Notes under the pieces: generated by a model
What the model was told of the DNA's origin: nothing
The model's database searches: none
The model's input: the letters and a program-made list of their open reading frames with translations, nothing else
Source of the DNA: an uncultured bacterium
GTDB taxonomy: Bacteria; Babelota; Babeliae; Babelales; Vermiphilaceae
DNA: 64,000 nt
Direction: 5' to 3'
Assembly (NCBI GenBank): GCA_963707655.1
Contig: OY970172.1
Location: 864,001 to 928,000, forward strand
Shown here: piece by piece, positions 49,508 through 60,133 of the stretch
Layout: each line of letters starts with the position of its first letter
How positions within the stretch are numbered: the first letter of the stretch is position 1
Position numbers and translations under genes: made by a program

Positions 49508-51547
49508 TTAGAATTTGTATTCAAGACCAAGGTTAAGGGTAAAGGCAGTGTCGTCACCTTGGTTAGGTATGCTAACCGGCACACCTTCAGCTTGAGCGGC
49601 TTGCAATCTTTCAAGAGCTTTTTTGTGCCCGCCGTTAAATGGCAACCCTTTTATATCAGTATAATGAGCGCCCGGTACAAAGACAGAGCCTATGAAAAAG
49701 AGCTTTAAATTATCAAACAAGAAATAGTGTGCAAACAAATTTCCTTCTACACCCAAAAATGAGCGCGCGGGTTTGTCAATCGTTTTGAGTGCGCAGGCAT
49801 CAAATTTACGCGTTGCATGTTCTTGCCAAAATAAAAGCAGATTCGGATTGAATGAGACTTTTTTACAAGTCACCAGAGGCACCCACTGCACACCGGTACC
49901 CGCATAAACTAAATTGGTAAAACCATTCACCGATCTAGCATATTCAGCCGGAGATTGTACGAGATCCATTTCATCAGGCGCACTTAAAGGTCGCTTAATC
50001 TTTCCTGCGCCACCAAGAACAAACTGGCTGCGCACTTTTCTTCCCATGTATGTTTCCTGCACACCAAGGAAACCGGCATAATCGCCATCTTTGGTGGAGA
50101 AGTTTGGATTATCATCACCTGAAGCAACACCAGCTTCAAAAGCGAGCTTTAAATCTTTTTCCAGGGACCATAAAGCAAAGTCAGCTACAAACATCCATCC
50201 TTTATACGTATTTCTGTAAGGATCTCTAAAACGGTGCCTGCCATTATATAACTGATCAGGAGTGGTAACAGCTGTCGGCACATAAGGCAGCACTGCGGAT
50301 AACCCCGTCACAGGATCTCCAAGAGGCTTGCCGTTGGCTGCTTGGTCCTGCTGCGCTTCATCGATAATTTTTTGAGCAGTTTTACCCAAACTAGAAATAG
50401 CGCCTGTATCGGTTACTATTTGAGGCGCATAAGGAACTTTATATAAATCAAGATTGGCGGTAGGGGGATTTGCAAGAGGATCAGCGCCTATGTACACGTG
50501 GCTATTAACCGCGGTGATCTGACCACTTCTGTTTTGTAATTCAGTAATATTGCGATCCCAACCACGAACCTCTTGTCGACCAACGTTGAAAGCACATTCA
50601 AAGCCACACTCAATGCGGTCGCTCACATAGTCACCGGCTAATCCAAAGGTGCATAATTTGCTTCCCGCGTCGGCAACAAACTCAACGTCTTGCTCAGGAT
50701 CATTCACATACAATAGGTATGGTTCAATAATAACTTTATTTCGCGCTTTTTCATCTAATGGCATCCATCGGAAACGAGTAGCAACGGCAAAATGCACACG
50801 ACCAAACCCACGCTGAGGATTAAGGCGGTAGCCTCTTTCTTTGACACGAATATTGGCCGATGTGTCAGAAATCAAAGCACTCATATCCTCAAGAATAGCC
50901 CCATAAATGTCATAATAAAATCGTTTAGGCATAAACTCGCCGGAAACCCTAAATCCTGTAGCATATTGATCTACAAGGCCGTCAGTATAAAAACCCAAAA
51001 AGTCTTGTCCCACAGCATAGGCGGAACCAAGCGCGATACCGCGACCCAATTCAAAAGGAAAAGCTCCCAAGGTGAAGGTATGAGGATGGTTTAATGACAA
51101 ATGAAGCGCGTCAGGAATTGAAAAGCGCAACCAAGCCTCACGCATCCAAAAAATATGGCGCGGATAATAATGGCTGTGTTCACCGGTGACAATGTCACCA
51201 ATCTTGATGCTTGCGTTACTCATTTGAGCAAGAGTGCTCGGATTTCCCCAAACTCCTTTATTACGCACAGAAAACATAAATTCTGCCAACGGGTGGCCAC
51301 AAGTCTTAAGGCCCTGCACAACATTTAATGTGTAATCGAGTGTATGGCGCATAAACCAGACATTGTCAAAAGCATTACAACTGTTGAGCAAACTGATGTT
51401 TTTGCCATAGAACATATCTTCTTTAAGCGCGCCTGAGAAAAAATACTCTATATCCAGGGGTTCTTTGGTGCAAATTGGCTGACCAAAACTCGTTGAAAAA
51501 AATACCAGTGCACTCAGTGTAAACAACAGCTGTTTCATGATACGCAT
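49508..51547 (-). CDS. putative outer-membrane beta-barrel protein (alginate-export-like)
   Basis: Signal peptide, amphipathic aromatic-rich strands, EAGVASGDDNP, C-terminal LNLGLEYKF beta-signal. Confidence 0.7.
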   Translation of the reverse strand: MRIMKQLLFTLSALVFFSTSFGQPICTKEPLDIEYFFSGALKEDMFYGKNISLLNSCNAFDNVWFMRHTLDYTLNVVQGLKTCGHPLAEFMFSVRNKGVWGNPSTLAQMSNASIKIGDIVTGEHSHYYPRHIFWMREAWLRFSIPDALHLSLNHPHTFTLGAFPFELGRGIALGSAYAVGQDFLGFYTDGLVDQYATGFRVSGEFMPKRFYYDIYGAILEDMSALISDTSANIRVKERGYRLNPQRGFGRVHFAVATRFRWMPLDEKARNKVIIEPYLLYVNDPEQDVEFVADAGSKLCTFGLAGDYVSDRIECGFECAFNVGRQEVRGWDRNITELQNRSGQITAVNSHVYIGADPLANPPTANLDLYKVPYAPQIVTDTGAISSLGKTAQKIIDEAQQDQAANGKPLGDPVTGLSAVLPYVPTAVTTPDQLYNGRHRFRDPYRNTYKGWMFVADFALWSLEKDLKLAFEAGVASGDDNPNFSTKDGDYAGFLGVQETYMGRKVRSQFVLGGAGKIKRPLSAPDEMDLVQSPAEYARSVNGFTNLVYAGTGVQWVPLVTCKKVSFNPNLLLFWQEHATRKFDACALKTIDKPARSFLGVEGNLFAHYFLFDNLKLFFIGSVFVPGAHYTDIKGLPFNGGHKKALERLQAAQAEGVPVSIPNQGDDTAFTLNLGLEYKF

Positions 51548-51748
51548 AAGCTCCAAAATAATTTGCTTTAAATAATTATAGATACAGACCTGCCTCTTTC
51601 AAGACATCACAAAAAAAACATTATATAATAAGATGTTTTTTAGCTTATCAAGATAAAGAATTGTAGCGATTTGTCAAATGCGAAAAAAAATAAAATATTG
51701 CAACAAAGCACAATGGATAGATATTAATAAACAAATGAAAAGAAAAAT

Positions 51749-52627
51749 ATGCAACATAAAAAAACAACGCTCCTCTTAGGCGCTCATATGTCAACAGCCG
51801 GCGGGTTGGAACAGGCAATCATAAAGGGTGAATCAATCGGTTGCACCGCCATTGGCATTTTTACTAAAAGCAACCGCCAATGGCTCGCCAAGGATCTGAC
51901 GCCGGAGGAAATCACCTTATTTAAAAAAACAATGTCCGGCTCGAGCGTGGAGCAGGTTGTTGCGCATGCCTGCTATCTTATCAATTTGGCCGCAGGCGAC
52001 CCTCTTATTTATCAAAAATCTATTGATGCTCTGCAACAAGAACTGTTGCGCTGCGAACAACTCAACATTCCCTATCTCGTGTTGCACCCGGGTTCAGCCG
52101 GCTCACAAACAAGAGATGAAGCACTGCAAAAAATAGCTCATGGTCTTGACGCTGTGCTCAATGCAACTAACGGCAAAACAATGATTCTTTTAGAAACCAT
52201 GGCTGGTCAGGGAACAAGCACGTGCGCAACATTTGAAGATTTGGCACAAATACGCGCCATGACAAACAAGCGTGAAAAGATTGGCATCTGCTTAGACACG
52301 TGCCATATATTTGCTGCCGGCTATGATATTGCTACAGCCGCAGGATACGCCAAGACATGGCGTCAGTTTGATGAAACGATTGGACTGTCTCACTTGAAAG
52401 CTTTTCACCTGAACGATTCGCTCAAAGATTGCGCCTCCCGTGTCGACCGCCATGCAGATATAGGCGAGGGAAAAATTGGTCTTGATTGCTTTTCTTGGTT
52501 GATCAATGATCCGCGCTTTTTTGCCATTCCTAAAATTATTGAAACGCCAAAAGGGGATGATGCTTTGAAGCAAGACCTGAAAAACTTAACTGTTCTTAGA
52601 GGATTGTTCACCGGCGATGATGAATAA
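51749..52627 (+). CDS. nfo: endonuclease IV
   Basis: LGAHMS, HACYLINL, LHPGS, LETMAGQG, CLDTCH, HLNDS, DRHADIG, ETP. Confidence 0.96.
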   Translation: MQHKKTTLLLGAHMSTAGGLEQAIIKGESIGCTAIGIFTKSNRQWLAKDLTPEEITLFKKTMSGSSVEQVVAHACYLINLAAGDPLIYQKSIDALQQELLRCEQLNIPYLVLHPGSAGSQTRDEALQKIAHGLDAVLNATNGKTMILLETMAGQGTSTCATFEDLAQIRAMTNKREKIGICLDTCHIFAAGYDIATAAGYAKTWRQFDETIGLSHLKAFHLNDSLKDCASRVDRHADIGEGKIGLDCFSWLINDPRFFAIPKIIETPKGDDALKQDLKNLTVLRGLFTGDDE

Positions 52628-53407
52628 TTATTAAAAAAATGAGAGAGATTAGTGAAAAAAAAGAAAAAGTAATAGATAAAAAGAGCTTAAAAACCTTTTA
52701 TGAGCTAAGAAGGAATTGCAGTAGAGTATCCCTAAGCTTCTGTATCTATTACTTTTTCAAATAAGCAGTGCCCTTAACCAACAATGTTTCCATATAATAA
52801 CTAGGAGACCAGTTATCAGGTTATAGCTTCTCAATTTTGCTATAATGCATACAAAAAACAACAAAACTTTTAAGGGAAAAAAAGCAACAACAAAAAAATG
52901 TTGCTTGAACAGCATGTTTTCAAAAAACAGTAACGTTTTGTGCAAAAGCAACAAAAAAGCAACAACTCACATATTGCTAAAATAATGATATATTTTTGAT
53001 TGAACGTAGAAAAAATGGGTTATTTCGCAAAAAGAAGATAGATGCGCGTGCTCGACAACGGGGCTCGTGCGCAACTAGGTGAATCAAAAATACACGTTAA
53101 AAACAAAAGCTTATCAAGCTAAAAGCACTTCTGCTGCTCTGTGTGACCCGCAATACCCATACACAATTATCCCAGTAGGACAATCGAGATTAAGTTGCCA
53201 AGCGTCTACCACCATATCTTGAAAGAGATCACAGCAGAATTGAGTGAAAAATTTGTTGCGCGCATTATTGCAGCACTCCAACAGTCCATCTTTAGCCCGA
53301 CAGCTGTGCCCGCGTGATACGTGAATGAGTAAAATTCAGAGCTTCTGGAGAGAAAAACAGCTACCCATTTCTCGTCATGCTATGCCTGAAGAGAGGGTGT
53401 AATCTGC

Positions 53408-55474
53408 TTATTTTTGCGTAGCCGGCACTTGAATGAAGGCTTCAACCTTATCGTCAGGCTGCCATTCTGTGAAATTTTCAACCACAAAACCACACTCAAA
53501 ACCGGAATGAATCTCTTTAACGCTTCTTTTTTCTCGCTGCAAGCTGGTGATCTTTCCTTCACCAATTTTTTGCTTGCCTCGATAGATTACCAAGATGCTG
53601 TCTTTTGTAATGATACCATCTTTCACATAGCAGCCGGCAATAACGCCAACATTTTTGATATCAAATACCTTGCGTACAACAGCTTCGCCAATACGCTTTC
53701 GTGTCATTTTTACTTCTTTGGCGCTTTCGCTTACTTTCTCTAATGTTTCAAGTAGCTTATAAATAACGTCAAAGTTTTGTATTGAGACCGATAAGCGCTG
53801 AGCTAATAAATTTGCATTCGGCTCAGCCTTAATGTGCAGAGAAAAAATTTCTGACCCTGTATCGGCCGCCAGCATAACATCACTTTCATTAATGCTGCCA
53901 ATTGCTGCATGAATAATATTAAATCCTTTTTCGGTCTTGCTTGAAATTTTAGCAATAGACTCAACCAACGCTTCTTTTGAAGAATTAGTATCGGTTTTAA
54001 TAATAAGATTTTTGGCTCCTTCAGTGAGCAACTTACGGTACGCTAGGTTTTTGCGATTTTGATCGCCGCCCATCTTGATTTTGCGAACATCGTCTTTTGA
54101 CAATACTGCAAAATAGTCGCCCGCTTCTGGTTGGCTCTCAAATCCAGCAACTTGCACGGGAATTGATGGCCCAACCTCTTGCAATCTCTTGCCATATGAA
54201 TCAACCAAAGAGCTCACTTTTCCTGTCGTAAGACCACATGAGAAGTAATCGCCCACAGAGACTTTTCCTTGCTGCAATAAAAGTGTTGCAACAATGCCAC
54301 GCCCTTTTTCCAGGCGAGACTCCAGCAAATAACCGGCTCCCTGTCCTGCAACATCAGCGCGTAACTCCATCAGTTGAGACTGCAACACGATCATCTCTAG
54401 GAGAAGATCTATGCCGGTGCCATTTTTCGCAGATATGGGGACATAAATAACATTGCCGCCCCACTCCTCTGGCATTAGTCCATGATTGGAAAGATCGCGT
54501 CTTACGATATCAATGCGACTTGGGTCAACCTTGTCTATCTTGTTAATTGCAACAACAATAGGAATATCTATTTCTTTAACGTGTTTTATCGCTTCCAGCG
54601 TCTGAGGCATTATGCTATCATCGGCCGCAACAACTAAAATTGCTAAATCAGCAACTCGAATACCGCGCGCTCTCATTTTAGAAAAAGCCTCATGTCCCGG
54701 AGTATCCAAGAAAATAAGATTGCCCTGCTTGGTGTTTGCTTCGTAAGCACCAAGATGTTGCGTTATGCCACCTTTTTCACGTGCAGCAACGCGAGTGCTG
54801 CGAATGAAATCAAGCAGTGTTGTTTTTCCATGATCAACATGGCCAACAACCACGACAACAGGAAGTCTTTCTTTTACATTGTCTCCAGAAGCCAGAGCAG
54901 CAGAACGCTTAATCTCTTCTTTTTTTTGTACTAATTTTTCTGTTTTGATCTGAAAATGCTCCGCAAGGCGCGCAACAATCTCAACAGGGATCAATTGGTT
55001 TTTGTTCGAAAGTATTCCCCACTTCAACAACGTAACAATAACTTCGCTTGTGGGTTTTTGTATGATGGTAGCAAGATCCGCAACCGTTGTAGGCGCCAGA
55101 ATAAGTACGGGAGCAGGGGTTTGTATACCGACAGATTGCTTTGATCGAGGCAATGGCACTTCTCGAGTATTTTTTAAACCAGAGACATCTGGCATTATTT
55201 TTTTAGAATCAGTTGAAGCGTTGGTGTTGATCGGGGCTGTTTCCATCGTTTCCTTGTGGGTAGCTACCTGCTGGCTTAATTTTGTTGTTTCTTTGACTAG
55301 TGACTCCGACGACTGCGCTTCTTGTTTTTTGTTAAAAGTTTTATTCAAAAATTCAATTGCATCTGATGTCAAAACAGACATGTGGCTATTTACCGGAAAG
55401 CCCTCTCTGTTTAACAATTCAAGCAATTCTTTACTTGGTATGCCACTTTGTTTTGAAAATTCATACACACGCAT
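53408..55474 (-). CDS. infB: translation initiation factor IF-2
   Basis: MRVYE N-domain, GHVDHGKTTLLD, EKGGITQH, DTPGHEAF, GFECG. Confidence 0.97.
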   Translation of the reverse strand: MRVYEFSKQSGIPSKELLELLNREGFPVNSHMSVLTSDAIEFLNKTFNKKQEAQSSESLVKETTKLSQQVATHKETMETAPINTNASTDSKKIMPDVSGLKNTREVPLPRSKQSVGIQTPAPVLILAPTTVADLATIIQKPTSEVIVTLLKWGILSNKNQLIPVEIVARLAEHFQIKTEKLVQKKEEIKRSAALASGDNVKERLPVVVVVGHVDHGKTTLLDFIRSTRVAAREKGGITQHLGAYEANTKQGNLIFLDTPGHEAFSKMRARGIRVADLAILVVAADDSIMPQTLEAIKHVKEIDIPIVVAINKIDKVDPSRIDIVRRDLSNHGLMPEEWGGNVIYVPISAKNGTGIDLLLEMIVLQSQLMELRADVAGQGAGYLLESRLEKGRGIVATLLLQQGKVSVGDYFSCGLTTGKVSSLVDSYGKRLQEVGPSIPVQVAGFESQPEAGDYFAVLSKDDVRKIKMGGDQNRKNLAYRKLLTEGAKNLIIKTDTNSSKEALVESIAKISSKTEKGFNIIHAAIGSINESDVMLAADTGSEIFSLHIKAEPNANLLAQRLSVSIQNFDVIYKLLETLEKVSESAKEVKMTRKRIGEAVVRKVFDIKNVGVIAGCYVKDGIITKDSILVIYRGKQKIGEGKITSLQREKRSVKEIHSGFECGFVVENFTEWQPDDKVEAFIQVPATQK

Positions 55475-55531
55475 GCAGATATCTTGCTCGCTTCATTAAA
55501 GTTTTGATAATTATTTCATACAACGTATCTT

Positions 55532-56596
55532 TTAATCCAATTGCTGAAACTCGCTGTCTTCCTGTGAAAATGAATCCTTTTTCTCTTCCTGAACAAGATG
55601 AAGGTTCATTCCTACCAAACGGGAGGCAAGTGAAATGTTTTGCCCCATTCTGCCAATAGCTAGAGAACGCTGATCGTCATTAACATAAATCTCTGCGTTT
55701 TCACTGTCAACAATAACAACGCGCTTCACCTCTGCAGGTTTTAAAGCGTCTTTGATGAGCTCTTCTTTGGAGTCGCTCCACGCTATAATATCAATTTTTT
55801 CGCCGCCCAATTCCTTGAGTATCGGCTTTATGCGGGCGCCACCGACCCCTACACAGGTACCAACAGGATCAATGTTTTTATCGAAAGAGGCAACAATGAC
55901 TTTTGACTTGTACCCGGAAGTGCGAACAATTTTTTTGACCTCAACCAGCTTTTCAAAAACCTCAGGTATTTCAAGTTCAAACAACTTATGCAAGAAGAAT
56001 TCTGAAGCCCGATCAAGAATTAACTGGTTTTCATTGCGCGGCTCTACCAAGACCTCTTTCAAGAGAGCTCTTATAGAGTAGCCCACAACGCATTTGTCGG
56101 TTGGCATCATGAGTGATTTTGGCAAGAAGGCAACAGTGTCTTGAAGTTTTACGATAGCGCCGCCACGTTCACATTTGTGGATAACGCCATGCACAATGGA
56201 ACCTTCTTTGTCTTTGAATTCGTTGTAGACAGCCATGGCCTCAACGCCACGTATTTTTTGGGCAATGACCTGTTTGGCCCGCAAAATTTCTATTCTGCCA
56301 ATTTTGCCATCAAAGGGAACTTTTATATTATCGCCTGCCTGGATATTGAGATCAATGGCGCGAGCTTTCTTGGCGGAAATCTCAAATTCTTCATCCTCAG
56401 GATTTCCGGCAACAACAAGCTTCTCAACCAAAATCTTCACTTCATCGGTTTTTTTGTCATGTTCAACAAAAAGATTGAGTGCAGGATAGCGTTTTTCATA
56501 GGCGGCAAAAATTCCGTCACAAACTATTGAGCTCAGAACGGCTTTATCAAGACCGCGTTCTTCTACTAATTCTTCGATAACATCAGAAAGTTTCAC
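55532..56596 (-). CDS. nusA: transcription factor NusA
   Basis: GRIEILRAKQ, ELEIPE, DPVGTCVGVGGARI, SLAIGRMGQN; likely start GTG 56596 after GAGGA. Confidence 0.95.
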   Translation of the reverse strand: MKLSDVIEELVEERGLDKAVLSSIVCDGIFAAYEKRYPALNLFVEHDKKTDEVKILVEKLVVAGNPEDEEFEISAKKARAIDLNIQAGDNIKVPFDGKIGRIEILRAKQVIAQKIRGVEAMAVYNEFKDKEGSIVHGVIHKCERGGAIVKLQDTVAFLPKSLMMPTDKCVVGYSIRALLKEVLVEPRNENQLILDRASEFFLHKLFELEIPEVFEKLVEVKKIVRTSGYKSKVIVASFDKNIDPVGTCVGVGGARIKPILKELGGEKIDIIAWSDSKEELIKDALKPAEVKRVVIVDSENAEIYVNDDQRSLAIGRMGQNISLASRLVGMNLHLVQEEKKDSFSQEDSEFQQLD

Positions 56597-56844
56597 TGTA
56601 GATTTGTCCTCTAAATAAATTTTATAGCTCAGCAAAATCCTACTGACCGCCCGCGGGATAGAGAATGTGCATTTTTGGGAGCATGGGTTTAGTGTAATAT
56701 AAACTTGTTTTTCTAGCAAGTTTAATATCCACAAAGAACAATTTTAGCATGGTAAAGGGCTTTTTTCTCCCTAGACACTTATTTTTGCGGGCTTGGGGGG
56801 TACATCCTGTCGCCTAGCCAACTTTAGGTCCCTGCGGCGAACGC

Positions 56845-57167
56845 TTATTATTATATTTTATATATATATTTATATACTTAATAATAATAGGCGAACCGGT
56901 TTTTGGTGGATAACTTTGCAAATATCTTTAAAAAACCTTATAAGTAAGCCATTTTTTTAAAAAAACTTCTGGTGGATAAGTGGTGGATAAGTGGCAAAAA
57001 GTGGTGGATAACTTTGTGGAAAACCTTGCGATTGGTCTATTGATCGATGTTCCGCTGGTGGATAACTATGGGAATTACTTCTGGTTGGCATTATCCGAGT
57101 TACGTAAAAATTGACCAAAATGAGTTATCCACCAGTTATCCACCACTTATCCACCAAGTTATCCACC
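56845..57167. other. probable chromosomal replication origin (oriC)
   Basis: Nine TTATCCACC boxes plus one TTTTCCACA, an AT-rich element at ~56845-56890 and trio-like repeats. Confidence 0.8.
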
Positions 57168-57273
57168 AGACAGCAAGGGTCGTAATTTTTTTATTGTTTT
57201 GCTTATTGTTTCAAGTTGAATTTTTAAGGAGGCTGGGACCACCACCCCCCCCATGATCTTTGTTTTATAGATG

Positions 57274-58788
57274 TTACGAGATGTATTCTGCCAGGAGTTC
57301 TATCCAGCTGTTCGTGTTGGCAAAAATTGTTTTGCGGTATGAGTTATGTATTTTGTTTTCAGGGAAATAGATTGATATTCCGCCGGCTTGACTCAGATTG
57401 GGTCCCACAACGTTTGCAAAGGCAATATCTTTAATGAGGGCGCGCCCTTGCGTTAAGAGTTGATCGAGGGTGTGAAGGAGCATGTTGTTTGGTTTATTAA
57501 AAACAAAGTGTTTTAAATTTGTTTTTAAGTTAACATACAGGTGACGCAGATCAACATAGCTTGGTTCGTCAAAATGCGTACACAGGAGCTTGTTTTTGCT
57601 GGCGCGAATTGCATTTTTTACCGATTTGTCTTTTTGAATCCCTATTGCTTCAATCAAAAGAGTCGCAACAGAGCCAACATTGGCTTCGAGCTCTTTGATT
57701 TTGTCAAGGTCGAGGGCTGCAAGGGTGTAATCGTCGGTAATTTTTTTGTAATTTTCTCCATAGCTCTCAACAATGTGTTGCGCAAATTGCTTCGGGGAAA
57801 GCGTTGCCTGCGTGAAGGGCTTCATTATGTTGTCGTAGCGCCAGCCGGCACCCAATTCCAACTCTTGTGATGCCACCATAATATGACCGTATTCTCTGAC
57901 AATATTTCCTATTTCCAACATCGACATTAAACATGCGTCAAACCCGATAATATCGAACTTTTTTCCTTGCAAAGCGGTGCGGCATATCTGATTAAGCGCT
58001 ATTGTCAGCGCTTGATTGTTTAGGTAGTTACCTGTTGTGTCATCCCAACACATTCCGCGCTCTTTGAGTTGGTTGTCCATGCGGCTGATAAAATCGAGGA
58101 AGCCGATCGACCGGTCAATTTCAAGCTTGTTGGTAACGGGATTGAAGGTAAACAGGGTTGATGGGTTAACTATTCGACCATGTATGGGGTCAACAACTCC
58201 CGAGCCATGATTCCACAGGATTAACGCATGGTGATTGGCGGGAAAGCGTTGAATCGCCCATGTGCAAAATGAAACAAGGGTTTGCGCAGATCCGCTGTCT
58301 AGAGGCTGATCCATACTGTCCACGTCGGCAATATGTGTCATTGTATCTTTTTCGATGTAGTAACGACGAGTGATTTTTTTGTTGTGCGAGATGCGAGTGT
58401 GTAGCTCAACAATGATGTTGATGTGCAATGTTGAGCCAATTGCGGCAAGTTGTTGCAAGTTGCGCGCACCAAATCCACGCAAATCATTATCTGCTGCCAT
58501 ATATACGAGAAAGGTCCAATCTTTTTTTTGTTGCTCAAAATCGCTGGCGATGTGTTGCTCAATGAGAATCTTTGCTCTTTCTGCAACAGAACACTCTGCC
58601 GATTGCTCGTCGATAATATTTAATATCTCTGAAAAATCTGCGGAGATTTCTTGTTGTTGCGACATGTTGCTTTGTTCAAATGATATTTCTTCTATTGGTA
58701 TGGCAAGAAAGTTGCAATAGTTGCTTGTTATGCTGAGCAGGCTCAGTATGCACGAAATAAATTTGTTTTTTTTTGCAATCTTTAACAC
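57274..58788 (-). CDS. clostripain-family (C11) cysteine peptidase, probably exported
   Basis: WTFLVYMAADNDL, LILWNHGSG (His), IGFDACLM (Cys), VASQE, GGISIYFP; likely start GTG 58788 after AAGGGGA. Confidence 0.88.
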   Translation of the reverse strand: MLKIAKKNKFISCILSLLSITSNYCNFLAIPIEEISFEQSNMSQQQEISADFSEILNIIDEQSAECSVAERAKILIEQHIASDFEQQKKDWTFLVYMAADNDLRGFGARNLQQLAAIGSTLHINIIVELHTRISHNKKITRRYYIEKDTMTHIADVDSMDQPLDSGSAQTLVSFCTWAIQRFPANHHALILWNHGSGVVDPIHGRIVNPSTLFTFNPVTNKLEIDRSIGFLDFISRMDNQLKERGMCWDDTTGNYLNNQALTIALNQICRTALQGKKFDIIGFDACLMSMLEIGNIVREYGHIMVASQELELGAGWRYDNIMKPFTQATLSPKQFAQHIVESYGENYKKITDDYTLAALDLDKIKELEANVGSVATLLIEAIGIQKDKSVKNAIRASKNKLLCTHFDEPSYVDLRHLYVNLKTNLKHFVFNKPNNMLLHTLDQLLTQGRALIKDIAFANVVGPNLSQAGGISIYFPENKIHNSYRKTIFANTNSWIELLAEYIS

Positions 58789-59002
58789 GGCATCCCCTTT
58801 TAGTTTTCTCTGGTACTTTTCCCTCTCTGTAGCATATGAATTTGGTGAACAAATAATCAATGGTTTTTTGCGAAATTTGTATGTCAGTAGTGGTTTTACT
58901 CATGTGGTCTCGATATCATGAGCGTGTGGCGTGATTTGAGTGATTCGATCGAGGTCGGAGTGTTGCGCTAAGGGTCTTCTTAATAGCTCTTTCTATGGTG
59001 AG

Positions 59003-60131
59003 TTATTGCCCATGAGGCAAAGCGTATTTTTTGTTGCTTTGTAGCGTGCTATAAAAAATAATAGCGAAAGTAAGGAAAAAGCTCAGTTGAAAATCAAGGA
59101 AAAAGAGTTGCATGGGATTGTATAAAATGGTGCATAGGGTGATGATGGCGATAGAATGAAGCCCTTGTAGCGGCACGTGTGCAAGTGATCCAATCTTTGA
59201 AAGAATAAATACCCACAGGGCCCGATAAAAAGAGATGCTGCTCCAGCTCAACAAGGTGTACATGGCAACGATACCAATCAAGAGACTATTTTTGAGCCAA
59301 AATCTACACGGTATAAAGGCAAAAAGAGCCTGCCAAAGCATAATACAGATTACCAAGTGTAATCCTGAACGAGCAAGGTAGTGCGATATTCCCCATTGCA
59401 AACATTCTTCTTTGATGCTTTGCGTAGTGGGTTGTTGCTTTTGTTGCTTTCCGAGAAAAAGTGAAGAAAAAAGAGCTGCTGTTTGCTCGGAAAACTTTTT
59501 TATCAAAGAGCGATACGTATTTATAGCATAGGCATTAATGCCACGCGTAAATGAATAGGTGGGACGATGCACGATCGTATAGGAAAGTTTTGATTCAAAG
59601 ATAGTTGCAACTGATTTCTCTTTTATTAAATAGCGTGCAAAAGAACTGTTATTATTTTTTTTTATTTTTATATCGCGCACTTCAATGGTGTCACCTATAC
59701 ACAAATCAGCAACATTGTTGGCATAAACATGTACGGCGTGCGGATGATAGTCTGTTGCTATTGTATTAGTTAAGTGTGAAAGCGTAATAACAACTTGATT
59801 TTTAAAATGGGGATTTTCAGTCTGTTCTATTTTTTTGATAGTACCTTTAAATGAACAGGTGCTGCCGGCAAAAATCTGGTGAAAAAGGTTAAAATGATAA
59901 AGTTGCTGCTGATAGCGAAACGCGCCACAGGCAAAGAAAAGGGGTATCAGCAATAAAAGAGGTTGTCGGGCAAGCTCTCCTTTAATAAGCATGAGAGAGA
60001 ACAAAGATGGCAAATAAAATAACGGGCGCCAGTGTATATCCAAAAAAAGCAGCGCATACGCCAACCATTAATGCTATGGTTGCAAAGAACAGTGGATGAA
60101 AATGTGGCGTAGAAAAATAATAGATAAGCAT
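59003..60131 (-). pseudogene. comEC: ComEC/Rec2 competence channel split by a frameshift near its 5' end
   Basis: GISHYLARSGLHL, SFYRA, LYNP, FQLSF motifs; natural start ATG 60131 (2 nt after the mutY stop) is out of frame with the main ORF. Confidence 0.75.
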
Positions 60132-60133
60132 GT

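Noticed and set aside
56597..56734. 46-aa N-terminal extension of NusA in the ORF track
   Set aside because: A GTG with a GAGGA RBS at 56596 gives a normal NusA N-terminus.
56960..57170. Short tandem repeats as a CRISPR array or minisatellite
   Set aside because: The units are 9-mers with 2-3-nt gaps that match DnaA boxes; there are no 25-40-nt repeats with unique spacers and no cas genes.
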